A stretch of DNA of 64,000 bases, from contig CM052816.1 of assembly GCA_028534125.1 (NCBI GenBank), positions 87,918,001 through 87,982,000 of the forward strand, written 5' to 3'. This document shows, piece by piece, positions 25,791 through 39,178 of the stretch (positions are counted from its first letter, which is position 1; every line of letters begins with the position of its first letter). The DNA is from Lama glama. Lineage: Eukaryota. The notes below the pieces were generated by a model. The model saw only the letters and a list, made by a program, of their open reading frames with translations. It made no database searches and was not told the DNA's origin. A program made the position numbers and the translations under genes.

Positions 25791-26239
25791 CTCCTACTTT
25801 CCCCAACAACATATACTGTAGGCATAGATTCAGCCCTGAGAAAAATTGCCTATCATGGGTACAATTTAGACTTGGGAATGCTAGATGTAAATTATTTTTC
25901 TTTCAGGTGTTATCTTTTCAGAATCAGACTTTACTGTGAGGCTTGTCAAGGTCATTGTGTTAAACAATTCTGTATGCATTCTTGAAGTCAGAGGTCTAAA
26001 CGGGCTGCATAACAGTTTGACTGAAAGGTACTATGCAAATCTCATGCACACGGTCATCATTATGGATAAGACTGTTCATTTTCAGACTCTTAGGAGGTTT
26101 GTCGACTGTAGGGAAGAACTTTGGCTCAGTAAGCGGGATAGCGTGATGGATATTTTACTACGCAAGAGAGCAGAACAGTAATGAGTTCAACCCATAAAGT
26201 GTAAATTATAAATCTATATCGCTCCGTATATAAATATGA

Positions 26240-26520
26240 GAAGATAAAGAGAAAATGTGTGTGTATGCGTGTTTGTGTGTGTGTGGAGAGAGACACACAT
26301 ACAAACACAAAAATAGAGACAAAGAGAAAAAGACAGAGAAGTAGAGTGAGATCAGGAACCAAAGAGACCCACAGCAGAAAGAGCAGAGGGAGGGAGACAG
26401 AGACAGAGAAAGAAGACAGAGAGACATAAACATGAAGAAAGGGAAATGGTCTGTAAGTTAGACAAGAGAAACAGAGATCGGATGGGCAGATAGACAGTGG
26501 GGCAGACGAAAAGAGAGCAA
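26240..26520. repeat. Low-complexity TG/CA and GA-rich tract
   Basis: Degenerate (TG)n, then agagac/agaaag repeats. It produces the hydrophobic spurious ORFs on the minus strand. Confidence 0.85.
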
Positions 26521-27278
26521 CTAAAATGCATCCGAATAGCAGTTTCTTTCTTTTTGTCTGCCATGAGAAAGGATACTTATTCTTCCTTAGTGGAGTGTCA
26601 TTATTGTCAACGGGAGGTCACCAGGGAAGATGTGTGCCTCACAGCAAGGACTGCTGTCTCTTTGTGGTATTTATTTGTGCAGTGTATGCCCCATGCACAC
26701 ATTATTTACTTTGATTATTCTTTGAAGGAGTGTATTAGACCCTTTCTTTTTATGTACGACGTATATCAGACATTGCACCACATAAGTCAAAACAGCACTT
26801 GAATCAAGTGCAACACAAATAATACGTGTCCATATCTGAAAGCTGTAAGGAGAGTCAGGGTGGAAAGAAGCTGAGAAGTGAACAAGCACACAAACAAAAG
26901 CCAAACTGTGCTCCTTGGCTTTCCATTTTTGTGGAATGAAAAGAAAAGGGGAGAAAATAAGCATGAATATTATCATAAATCTGTGTCTCTCTGTCTTTAA
27001 TTGACTCTATAATGCATGCCAAATAAGTGGTTTTAAAATTAAACGATCCCTTCCTTCAATTAGCTAAAGATACCAAAGTCCATTAAGGATTTCTGATGAC
27101 ATCAAAATATGTGAGCAATCACTACACAAGAGAAGATATCATCTCATTAGTCAGAGCATGGAGCTCTAATTATGAAACAAAATTCAAGGAAAGACTGGAT
27201 AATCTCAGTGGGTTTAGAGGAGACCAGTAGTGTCATAATAAAAGATGGGCCATGAAGAGAAGAATTACATATCTTTAC

Positions 27279-27530
27279 TTTTTTTTTCTATTTTTTATTT
27301 TAAATTAAAGTATAGTCAATTCCAATGTGTCAATTTCTGGTGTACAGCACAATGCCTCAGTCATACATTTACAAACATATAATTGTTTTCATATTCTATT
27401 TCATTATAGGTTACCACAAGACACTGAAATTTGTTTTTTTAACTATTTTATATATAGTAGTTACTATTTGCACATCTCCAACTCCCAGTCTATCCTTTCC
27501 CACCCCCGTTCTCCCCAGTAACCATAAATG
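27279..27530 (-). mobile_element. 5'-truncated LINE-1 3' end (camelid type)
   Basis: Poly-T, then aattaaagtatagtcaattccaatgtgtcaatttctggtgtacagcacaatg...ctcccagtctatcctttcccacccccgttctccccagtaaccataa. Reverse-complement similarity to 3105-3347. Confidence 0.85.
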
Positions 27531-29477
27531 AATCACAAAGTTTTTAAATTGCCATCCACTCAAAATTGATACATACCTACAAGTACATATATTATCTCCA
27601 TGAATATACACTTACAGTGTTCTCATTACATAAAGTTAAGAGTCACACTTAATCAGAACAATGATGATATTGGTGCAGAACCCATAATGAATACTTCAAA
27701 AAAAAAAGAAAACTTCCAACCTCCCCAATTTGTCCTCTCTTTCCCAAGTTAGTGACATGAGAATTCTCTTGTCCTTGTTCAGCTGCCTTTTGTGGCAATG
27801 ATATGTAACTGGGAGGACAATGATGACCTTTAGAAACAATAGAAAAGTGTCCCCTCCAATGATAGTGTCGTGAGGAGAGACTGAGGAACGTCAATGTGAT
27901 TGAGAAAGTAAAGGGTGATGTTGTCCTCTGGGTCAGATATATCTTGGGTCAGATATATATTCTTGTGCCAGAGGAAAGCTATTAGAAATGGAATATGGAT
28001 TTCTAAAGCTTAACTTTCATGTCGTCAATGAAACCAGACCCAGAGGAGCCATATATAGAATACTTTATAAAAAGAAATACCCAAACCTATATAAAATGAA
28101 AAACCTAGTTTTCATCATGATGTCATTACCTGTTTATAGCACTATAAATTTATACTATTTATAGATTCCAAAGTAGAATTAAAGATTTAAATTATGTCAT
28201 CAAAGTATTGCCATGTCTTATTTTCTTATGGTTGATTCCAGATCTACAGAAGAAATGTGGGGCATGCCAAAGCCATTGAGTCCAAAGAGCAATATATTTG
28301 AAGAACTTGTCATGATAAACAAAAATCAAAGCTTTTAAAGTTATAACTCCCCAGAGTAGGAACAAGCCAAGGACACCAATACCATTACCACTGTCAAAAT
28401 CTGTCCATGACATTAAACTTTTCAATCCGCTCTGGTTTGGCAGTGAAAGGTCATTCTAGTTCCCTGGGGTACCTTTCTTTCAGCAAGGCATTGGTTCCCC
28501 ACGAGTAATTTACGTGATTGGCATTTATATATTCTGCTGCTTAAAATCATTCATGTGACCAGCAGCCCTTAGAATATAAATGGAGAGATTTTTAACACAT
28601 TGTCCCACAAACCACATCCATTCCCGTATTCATACTCTCCTGATGATTGAAATGGGTCTAAGCTAAACAAATTGAGGTCTCTTTTTTCTCATCCATATGT
28701 ATGTCTCATGCCATTAAAGGTGTATGACTGCAAAGAGTGAATGATGATTGTTAGATTAGTTTATTATTCTCAGTTTAAAATCAACGTATTTTCTTACCAA
28801 AGGATTTCCATATAAAACATAAGGATTGAAGTTCAACAATTCAAGTTTCTTCTGAACTTCAAGACATTTAGACAGCATTATTCATCAATTAAAAGATTTC
28901 TTAGATTTGATTCAAGTTGACTTTTACAGTCATTTTTTTTTATTTTTAAAAGCGTAAAACCTATCCGTTCTCTTCAGAGTGCAGTCATTTGTAAAAATAA
29001 GAGATTTTTCAAATGTAAACATTGATTTAAAAATGTATCTGAAATATAATACCTTTGAGCAGCAACAATTCTACAAAATGAAGCTCTTCTATATAATTAT
29101 TTTACAGTAGTGTTTTATTATGTAGTTTTCTACCTGTCAAAACATTAAAAAATGTGTACATATTTTGTGTAATTTAACAAAATTGTGCAATATAAGGACT
29201 TGACAGTACATAATGGTAAAAATGGTTATTTCCAGTATTGTTGATTGACCTAGTCTTTAAATATTTCTAGCAAAATACAAAAAAAAATTCTAATTTGGTT
29301 ATTTGCTTAAAAATTTAGAAAGAGAAAATGTTTTTGAAATGAAAAGTATTCCAGGAAAAGTTACTCTCTCAATGGACTATCAGGCAGTATGATACAAGCA
29401 TGAGGAAAAATGTTAGCTTCTGTTCAAGGGATGACCTGGTACCCATTCAAATGAGCAGCTACATCATTCCTGTTGCA

Positions 29478-31370
29478 TCATGTATTCATTCAAAAATGTT
29501 TAGCTTCTACTATATACCAGGTCCTCTTCTAGGTGTTTGGGATACATCAGTGAACAAAAGAGATAAAAATCCCTGCCCTTGTGGGACTTGCATTCTAGCA
29601 AAGTAAGACAGGAAATAGTTATGAATAATAAAAAGTGAAGTGATAATTACTAAGGAAAAGTGGAAAACACAGTAAGGAGGTAGATCACAAATAGCTGAAG
29701 TAAGTGTATATGTGTGTGTGTGTGTGAGAGAGAGAGAGAAAGGTGGAAAAGGTAATTGTGGTTTTCAAATAAGGAATCAAGGATCCACACATTGAGAAAG
29801 TGAGAATGCAGCTAGGACTTAAAGGAAGCAAAGGAATTGTCCTGTGTTTATCTATAAGAAAAGCAGCAGAAATATGCCTGACAAATCTGGACAACATCCA
29901 GGAGGCTAGGGAGGCTGCCGTGGAGACAGTACATGGAAGACAGAGAGGAGGAGTTGAGAGAAGTAACAAGAACTGATCCTCTGGGGCCTGTGGGGCCATT
30001 GTCAGGAATCTGACTCTCCTGAGGGAAATGTCAAGTCAGTGTAGGGTGATGACAAGCAAAGGGATGACATGATCAGACCAACATTCTGACCAGTCCCTTG
30101 CCGTGTTAAGAACAGAATGTGGGTGGGAAGGGTGTAGTGAAAGCAGAGACGTTGTTAGGTTGAGACATAAATGTTTACGTGGCAAATCTGCAGTGAATTA
30201 ATTCCCCTTACCCAGGCAATGCTCCTAGGAAAGAAACAAATTTCAATGAGGAGGCTGACCTCCTATTAAACATGACAATGACAGACCTCCTGGCAGTTAA
30301 ATTAAATGGTTTGTGCTAGGGTATCGTTACTATGAGAAGTTTTGGAAGGATTTTTTACTTCTTGTACAATTGCTTTGGGTAAACAAACCTGCAATCTATG
30401 GACGTACGGGATACAGTGTCCCAGATAATATAATGTGAATTCTGTAATGATAGAGTATGAAATGGAGATGACCTAGCATCTAGATGGCTCTTTCTGTGTA
30501 AGTGAGGTGACCAAATACTTCACTAGAAATCTCCTCTATTTCACAGAACAAACATACTTGATGAGACGAAAAAATAACATAAGGAGTGACACTAGGGGTC
30601 CTAGAACTCTCCCATCTTCACCTGTATCTTTTCCTAACTTGTATCCTTGAAATTATTAACAAGGTCGACACTGAATCAGATCTCTGCCCCATGGGGCATC
30701 TCATTTGACAATCCAGTCCTGAGTGTCGTTGCAGATGGCAATGATCCAGGTGAGAAACAGTGGTGGCTCATATCAAGATTGTAGCAACAAAGGGGTGAAC
30801 ATTTTCAAGGTCAGAATATTTAGGGTAGTATTCCACTAATGGAATGGATGTAGATTGTAAAATAAAGAGAAGATTCAAGAATGACTTCAGAATTTGGTCT
30901 GATATTTTTTTCATGGAGGATAGAGGAGCAAAGTTCAGTTTTGTATACAAGTTTGAGAAGTTTGAGGTACATATTAGACATTCCCATGGTGAGCGTTGAG
31001 TAGGCAATTAATACTTGAGTCTCTGTACATCCACATAAAATGTATAGGACAAGAAGAACCTCTGGACGGAATTATATATTTGAGAGTTGTCATCAAATTG
31101 AGGACATTTAAAGCTCTGACACTAGATCAGAAATCCGATCAAATGCATGTAAACAGAATAAATAAGAAGGCCAAGGACATAGCCCTTAAACATAACATTA
31201 AAAGGTCAAAGTGAAAAGGAAGAACCAACAGAAGAGACTGTCAAGGAATAACTTATGGGGTAAGATGAAGAGAATGTGTATTGAAAGCCATGTAAGGGAG
31301 AAGGAAATACTCAGCCTTGCCAGATGTGGCTCAGAGTTGAGTGATGTGATTTTGACAAGAGCGGTTTCCT
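29478..31370 (-). mobile_element. L2a LINE (3' end at left), interrupted by an LTR-like insert and a microsatellite
   Basis: Canonical L2a tail: attcattcaaaaatgtttagcttctactatataccaggtcctcttctaggtgtttgggatacatcagtgaacaaaagag. Collinear L2 resumes at about 30734 (gcaatgatccaggtgagaaacagtggtggc). Confidence 0.85.
30161..30733. mobile_element. Unassigned solo-LTR-like insertion (~570 bp, TG...CA ends)
   Basis: Non-L2 block that splits contiguous L2 sequence; starts tgagac and ends ttgca; TSD not cleanly resolved. Confidence 0.55.
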
Positions 31371-32072
31371 GGAAGGTGAATCCCCCATTCTATGATAATC
31401 ATAAATGCTTTTGTTAATCAGACACACTAACCAAGCTATCATGCAAGATGTTCATTTAAAAGCATGCATTTTTCTAGTATCTCAGCTTTCGGAAATCTCA
31501 AACATGAATTTAACTTCCAGCTACAGTTAACCAATACACTTGAAGTGCTTGGATTTCTTTCTTCAACCTGTTTTTAATTGTGCTTACAAAATGCATGCTG
31601 TTTTTAAAGTATTTTACTATTTTAAGCTTCTAAAGTTGATTTATTTTTTCGTAAGGACTCTTGAATCATCTAAAACTCCCCCTCCTTAATTTTCAGAAGA
31701 GAGAACAGAAGGAGGTTAGGGGAACTCTGTAACTTACAGTGCTAACAAAAAACTCATTGGGATTAAAGATAGTATAGACATAAAAGACACAAATGAGAAT
31801 AGAGAGCATGAATATAGTGAAGCTTCTGTATCAGCTCAACTCTCTGTGCCCCTCCTTCTCTTTGTATCTTTTCCCTGAGCTCCTTGATATGGAAGACTAA
31901 ACATCTGGGCGAGGTCACAGCGTGTGTGCATTCTGGGAGCCGTGTGTGTTACAGGGGACCAGAGAAGGAGCTCCATGCAGAGCCATGGATAATTTCCCCA
32001 AACACAGTTGTCAAGGATCCTCTAGCATTAATCTTTTCCTGCTTATGACATTTAATATTTCTATTCATTAAT

Positions 32073-32832
32073 GAATCTCCATACTGTTTCTTGTTTTTCC
32101 ATAATGGCTGTACCAAACTGCCTTCCCACCAGCAGTGTAGGAAGGATCCCTTTTCTCCACACCGTCTCCAGAATGTATTGTTTTTGGACTTTTTAATAGT
32201 GACCGTACTGATTGGTATGAACTAATACCTTATTATAATTTTGATTTGCCTCTCTCTGATAATTAACAAAACTGAGCATTTTTTCATGTGCTTATCAGCC
32301 ATTTGTATGTCTTTATTGGAGAATTGCATGTTTAGGTCTCCTGCTCAGTTTTGGATTGGGTAGTTTGTTTGTCTTTTTTTTTTGTTATTAACTTGTGTGA
32401 GCTGTTTATATATTAAGCCTTTGTTAGTCTCATCTTTTGCAAACATTTTCTCCCATTCCATAGGTTATCTTTTTGTTTTGTTCATGTTTTGCTTTGCTGT
32501 GCAAAAGCTTATTAGTATAATTAGGCCCCATTTATTTATGTTTGCTTCTGTTTTCATTGTCTGGATAGACTTGCCCTAGGATAACATTGCTAAGATTTTA
32601 GTCAGAAAATGTTTTGCCTGTATTTTCTTCTAGGAGGTTTATAGTGTCGTGTCTTGTATTTAAATCTTTAAGCTATTTTGAATTTATTTTTATGTATGGT
32701 GTGAGGGAGTATTCTAACTTCACTGATTCATATGCGGCTGTCCAGCTTTCCCAACACCACTTGCTGAAGGGACTGTCTTTTCTTCATTGTATATTCTTGC
32801 CTCCTTTGTCAAAGATTAATTGACTGTGTGTG
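32073..32832 (-). mobile_element. LINE-1 ORF2 C-terminal-region fragment
   Basis: ctccatactgttt...ataatggctgtaccaaactgccttcccaccagcagtgtagg...tttgctgtgcaaaagctt...cagctttcccaacaccacttgctgaagggactgtc...ttgtcaaagattaattgac. No intact reading frame. Confidence 0.92.
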
Positions 32833-35800
32833 AGATTGGACCCATGCCAAATGATGGATACCCTACTGAAATGGAGATTCTTTGAGGAATTTGTAGAACT
32901 CTCTGGAACACATGCCTGATTAGATGTGCTGGGATAGAGGAGCACCAGATGGATGATGATTTTCGAATTTTACTTTGACTTGTACATATTTTATTCTTAT
33001 ACATCTGTTATTGTTTGTTGTATATAACACATTTGATTAAGGGACAATAAAACATATCCACAACCACACACACATGGATTTTGCTACTGTCTTTTGATTA
33101 TGGCCATGTACCTTGACCTTCCTTTTCCAGAAAGGAGCAGTCATTTTATTTTGTGGTAAAATTAATTCTAGTACCTTTTTACCTATCTGGTAGGTAGGCT
33201 TTAATGAGGCTCATGTGTTTGAAGTAAATAGATAAGCCACTGTCAACCAGATAAAAACCCAAGTGAGTGTCCGCCATAGTAGTTATTTAGTATTTAATAT
33301 GCACAATGCAGATAAAATGCATTAAGATGAAAATTTGTTATTTGGTGGGTAAAAAAATGATCAGTAGTTTTTATCAACAATGTTTATGTTAGACAGCTGC
33401 CAGAGAGAAAATTCATCTAGACTATGTGGGCCATAGATATAGATCAGAAAGGAAATAATATGGTTTTGATTAATATATCTAGAGAAAAAAAAGCTGTTAT
33501 ATGTTTTAAAAAGGTTTTCAAGAAAATTACACCTATGCACCATTTTTCTGATTAAAATAATGAAGTTTTCCTAGCACCACTGTGTATAATCTTAGGCATA
33601 GCCTCATTATCTTAATAAGTTTTACCATAGAATGTTAGTCATTTTCATCATGGAAATAGTTGAGTAATAAATTACCATATTTATTGCTGAAAAGCAGTAT
33701 TCTCTTTATCCTTTATTTTCTTCTTTATGTATCACTGTCAACATACCCTATCTTATCCCTTCTCTCCTCTGGCCTTGTGGAGTGGTGTGCACAGATCGTT
33801 TCTTTCTCTTTTGGATGATTTGTTATTAGGTCTTTGTCTTGTACATACCCTCTATTTTCTCCCTTAAATTTTTGCTGCTACAAAATTTACTCTAGGGAAG
33901 TTATGGACCTTTTAGGGAATCTGTGTGTTCAAAAGCCTAGGGAAACCAATGCCAGCAATTTAACTGTGAAGAAGTTTTTGAATAATGCAATATCCTTCTA
34001 TAGGCAAAATTTAAAATACTACAAGTAAAGCTATGACTGAGTCACACATTTTCAAAACTGAGGGGGGCACCATCATAAATCCTGTCTTTATTATGTTCAT
34101 GTAGCAATAGTACAGTAGATAATAAAAATGATGACTAGTGCTAATTTGCCAATATATAGTGAATGAAGCAGTTGTTTAAGTGTATCAGAACATCTGTGAG
34201 TGATTTTACTTGTGCTTATGCTTTTATTAACATGCATTGTGATCATGCAAAAAAATATATAAATAGCCTGTAACATTGATACTAAAATTGAGTGTACTAG
34301 AGCCAGTGCTGGAAGACAATGGGAAGAAGAAACCACCACATGGTGTGCAGCAGACACTAGATTTGGAAATACTCAAAATAGAGCCAAATTATCACCATGA
34401 TGTTTCTAAAGAACATACCTATTCAGCTTTTTATTTGCACCTGTGGGAAAATTAAGCTTTGATTATGTGAGTGCAAGGTCTTCATGAATGGATCTTGCAA
34501 TAAAAGGCAGCTGTTTTGTATCGACCTCAGCATGGTTTTCTGTAGACTAATCACAAATGTGTTGCATCACTTAACATGACATCTGACTTGTGCTAAGGTC
34601 TCAATGAATATTATCTATTTTAATAAATACAAAAGTAATGAGGAAATCATTCATGAAAGGAATAGATAAAACCATTTTTCCTCTCCAAATGCTGCCCATA
34701 ACCAACACTCTGCCAGAGTACTTTTGCAAGATACAGCAGACTGCTTCCAGGAACTACACCTTAGGCCTGGGTTATTAGTATTCAAGTTCACTGGTATTAA
34801 ACAGACTTTTCCGGGTGAATGCATGTGCTTAAATAATGGAATTTTTTTTTAAAACAGGAGATGTATCCCACATTATAAAGATGAAAACTGTGAAATGGAT
34901 ACACAGAACCCATTTTAAAGTAGTATTCTCCCCCTCTTTTATATATCAGGCCCAAAATACTAGGTTTTAATATAATATATAATGAATTATAATAATGTAT
35001 TTCATCTACATCCAGACATTCATTTCTGTGAATACAAGATGAACATTAATATGTTTGAATCTCTTTATAATCTTTATACAGGAGAGAAAATATTGGAATA
35101 GAGTGGATTTTAGACTTCACGTCAAAAATTTCCTTATGTTGGTGTCCAAATGGACTCATGTTTAACAGTAGGTGAGATTCAAATAGCTATACTAAAGATT
35201 TAAATAAAATTAATGCTGTCACATTTATTTTTGATTCAAAAATATTTCAGCATTTCCTTCTTGTTTTTTATTTATTTTTAAACTAAACTTACTGCAGAAA
35301 CTAGTATATATATTCCAGATATTATTATTATACAGTAAAACAAATATTTATTTGACATTTAGACCTTGTAAATTTCAAAGGGCAGAATAAATATAGGGGA
35401 TTTTTTCCGCAGATTTATGAGAGGCAACCTAAATATCTTTCCCTCTTGTATATTTGTTGGCAAATAATCTGTATATCCATCTTGAGATTGTATTTCACCA
35501 ATGACCTTGATGGGACACTTTAATTTTATTTGGTGAATATCAGGTCAAATGCATCAAATATGCCTCGGTGTCTGTTACTTTCATTTCCTGGTGTATGAGG
35601 ATCTATGAGAAAATATTATTATTGTATGAGACTCTTGCACTGTAGGAACACCTGCAGAATTACTCTTCTCAGCTGAGGCATAATGAGCTCCCCTTTATGG
35701 CCAGGTTCAATCTTCCTTCCTCATAGAACAGGTAAAAGGAAAGAGAGAAATTGCTCAAGATGCAAATTGTGTGGACTCCCGTGACCCAAGTGAACTAGAC

Positions 35801-37645
35801 CTTACAAACTGCCTGTCAGGGAGATGTAAATTTCTCAGAAGCAACTAGATCACTCGACTCAGAGGGAGCTATTGATTTTCCTGCAGTGTCTCCCACGTGG
35901 AAATGAAAGACTTACAAGTTTGTGAAGTGCATGCTTTCTAGTCTTTCTTTTGTTAAACTATGTTTTTTCCACCTATGAATACTACAGTTCATGTAGAATA
36001 GAGACGTATTTAAAAATACATGTTTTCTTTCCTTTACTTAAAAGTAAAAAATAGTGGAGAGAGAGGGATTCAGTAGGGTGACAGTGGGGAAAATTCCAAC
36101 ATCCTGGCATCTCCATCTATACTTTAATCGATACACATTAACATAAGCTACATCATGCATATGTGACAAACACTTGCCGTCTTAGTGAAAAATGGCACAG
36201 CAATTAAAATGTCAAAAAGGCTAAGACAATGTGAAATAAAGTGCAGTTATAATTTTACTTTAAAACTTCTCAATTCTCTAGTGTTCTTCAAAATGGGGTG
36301 TTTTTTTTAATAATTTCAAATTTTAAAACAAAATCCAGCCAGCTACTTAGTATTTTATGTAAAAACTGTGTGTTTTGCTGACATTTATTCTTTGGCTAAA
36401 TAAAATAACAAATATGGTCTTTAAAATGTTATTCTCAATTATTTAGAGGCAGAAAATACTCCATTATTTCTTTCCATTTTCTTCCTTGAGTATAGATAGA
36501 TGTAGCTCCTTAAAATAAAATATTCCAACAAGGACTCCCTGACACATATTATTTCAAGTTGCATAAGACTTCATAAGCAAATATCATTTAATAAGAAAAA
36601 TTGCGTTAACTAAAGTGTATTTAAAAGTCTCTGTCAATTCTCTTCGCAATATTTTTTCTCATTAAAGTACCATTTAAATTTATGTTTGTTTTATTAGATG
36701 GTCCACTTATGCTAAGCTTGTTTGCTAGTGATCCCTGAGTAAGCTTAGGTGACATTATGATAGAGAGGGAGCCTGCTTGCCTACTGAATACAGTGAGAAA
36801 GTGACTTCTGATGAGACATGTCAGATAGAGAGCTTGTTCCTGCACAGTCCTTAGGCCATGCCACATAATCTCCACTTTCATCGTTCTTAGTGAATGCTTA
36901 ACTGAAAACCAGAATAGAATATTTAATGTTATCTTTTCCCCTTTTTCATCAGTAAGGAAAGATGCAAACCTGCACAGCTCCACCTCAGGGAACCCCAAGG
37001 GGGACATTTATGCCGGGACTTAACCATCCACATCAAGCACTGAGGAAGCAGGGTGATGAGACCCTGACATGCTACCGGCTGACACATAGATTTCACTAGA
37101 TTAAAAGCTCTTAAATGCCCATAAGGCAGAATGAGTCGTTGCATATTCTCCACTTCTAGAAGGCAGAGAACTGTTCTAGTCCATAAAACAAGTACATGCA
37201 GCTCATGTCTGTAAATCTTTTTTTAATCAGTGTTGCCTTTGTTTCATCCCATTATTGGGAGTTTATTTCCTTACATACATTAATGATGCTTATGTAATAC
37301 TTCTCATTGAATAGCAACTGCTTTCCTTCTGTAAGAAATTTTCCTTTATTTTTAGATATTTTCAAGTGCTTTAAAACATCTTATATTCAATGATCTGTTT
37401 CAAAACCCCAAATATGCACAAAATATATCATTCCAAGGAAGTCATATTTCTCTCAAATGTATTTGCAACTGTTCTTTAATGTCATGATTAAATGGTACCT
37501 TGTTTAAAAGATCCTTCTATCTGCTTAAAACACTGAATGTCTAACTATGCATGTTTCCTAATGTTTTGAATCAAATTAAAATTTTTATGTTTTTACTGGA
37601 GAAGAGTGTTCAGTTCTCCATTTATATCATGGCCCTCTTTATGCT

Positions 37646-38253
37646 TGTGGTAATCAATTATCTACCTTGGCCCCAAGATTTCCCTCCCACTGTGGTACAC
37701 TCCTTGCATAATCATGGGGACCATGATTATGATAGATTTTACTCCTGTGATTAGGTCATGATTTGGTCATGGCACAGTTGATCATAAAATAGTGCATGAT
37801 TTAATCACATAGGCCCTTTAAAGGCAGAGAGTTTTTTCTGGTTGGGAGCAGAAGGGGAATCAGAGATCTGACATGTAGTTGAGGTTCAGTGTGAAGGAGG
37901 TTCTTTTACTGCTGAGCTGGAAGGACACAGGGCATCACCTGAAAACGGCCTCTAGGAGCCAAGGTCAGTCATTAGTTGACAGCTAGCAGGACAGTGGAGT
38001 CTTAAGCTCTGCAACCACAGGGGAGTGAATTCTGCCAAATCCTAAAGGGACATGGAAGGGAGCATTGCCTAGTCAAGTCTCCAGGTGAGGACGTATTTGA
38101 CCAACACCTGGATTTCAGCCTTACGAGACCCTGAGTAGAAGACCCAGCTAGAATGTACCAGAATCCTGAGCGATAGAAATAGCTCAATTATAAATTTGCA
38201 TTCAGTGGCTGCATCCATGGTGATGTTATGCCTACCAATAGACAAATATTACA
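37646..38253 (+). mobile_element. MaLR solo LTR (MLT1E-like) with 5-bp TSD
   Basis: TG...CA ends. MLT1 motifs gcctctaggagcc...gcaaccacagggagtgaattctgccaa...tttcagccttacgagaccctgagtagaagacccagctag. Flanks atgct (37641-37645) and acgct (38254-38258). Confidence 0.88.
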
Positions 38254-38334
38254 ACGCTGTATGAACTGAGGAATTTCAATGAAGGGCTCTATGTCTTGAA
38301 GTTTAGAAGCATTATTTTTAAGTTAAAGACATCA

Positions 38335-38575
38335 GTTCATATCCACTGAGCACTTACTAAGCCAGGCGTTGTGTTCCTATTAACAGGGATTTTCTGATCT
38401 GACCTTCACAGCTGCAGTGTGAGGTGGTCCTACCCTCGCTCCTACCTTATGGATGAAGAAACTGAGGCTTTGAGAGTTTAAGTGATTTCTTCAAGGTGAA
38501 GAGGGTCACTAAGTTTGAAATCTAGAATAGAAAACCAAGGAGTCTGATGGCAGAGCCCATATACTTACTGCTCCC
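38335..38575 (-). mobile_element. MIR SINE
   Basis: ctgagcacttactaagccaggcgttgtgttc...tatggatgaagaaactgaggctttgagagtttaagtgatttcttcaaggt. Confidence 0.85.
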
Positions 38576-38659
38576 TTCCCAGTTTCATAGAACCTTAAAG
38601 CCCAGGGTCCACTTAGGCATTCTAACAGGGGAACAGTCGATGTGGCAGGACCTTGGCCA

Positions 38660-38792
38660 CTCCAAGGAAGAAGAACATCACCTGAGGGCTTGTTAGGAAT
38701 GCAGAATTTCAGACCCAAACCCAGACCTTCTGAATCAGCGTCCACATTTTATCAAGAACTTTAGGTGACTCCCCTGCACATTAAGTTTAAGG
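38660..38792. mobile_element. MER5-family hAT-Charlie MITE
   Basis: catcacctgagggcttgttaggaatgcagaatttcagacccaaacccagaccttctgaatcag...taggtgactcccctgcacattaagtttaag. Confidence 0.85.
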
Positions 38793-38799
38793 TGAATAT

Positions 38800-38970
38800 A
38801 AATTCCTTGTTTGACACTATGGCCTTAGGCAGGTCACTTCCTCCTGACCTCCATATCATTTTATGTTCCTGTAAAACAGAGATAAACTACCATATATCTT
38901 CTAAGAATTAAATTAGGCCTGTGTTCAGCACATTGTCTGCTAGATAATAAGACATTAACAATTAATAGTT
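38800..38970 (+). mobile_element. MIR SINE fragment
   Basis: ctatggccttaggcaggtcacttcctcctgacc...ctgtaaaacagagataaactacc...gtgttcagcacattgtctgc. Confidence 0.6.
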
Positions 38971-38989
38971 GGTTTTATTTATTTATTTG

Positions 38990-39178
38990 TTCATTTTCCA
39001 GTGATGGATGTGAACAAGGGAGGAAGGGGCTGGAAACTTAGTGCTCCCTTCCTCTCTGGAGCCCAGCAGTGACTTACTTTCCAGGGCACAGTTCCTACGT
39101 TGGGGATCCAGTCTCCTGGGAGGATGGCAGACTGGACAGAAATTCTAGAATGAGATAGGAAGATATGGCAGCCCCACA
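38990..39178 (-). mobile_element. Possible ERVL-type LTR fragment
   Basis: GC-richer block whose minus strand starts tgtggggctgcc, as several ERVL LTR 5' ends do; family not identified. Confidence 0.3.

Noticed and set aside
27929..27965. Short tandem duplications (tgggtcagatatat x2 here; also near 52378-52411 and 56908-56942) as a repeat array or CRISPR
   Set aside because: Two-copy adjacent slippage duplications with no repeat-spacer structure; the context is eukaryotic.
28240..28340. Plus-strand acceptor followed by a short frame (STEEMWGMPKPLSPKSNIFEELVMINKNQSF*)
   Set aside because: No recognisable homology, weak polypyrimidine tract and no supporting neighbouring exons.
32833..33060. 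Possible processed-pseudogene 3' end (AATAAA near 33046) next to the L1
   Set aside because: No polyA tail, TSD or recognisable coding frame.
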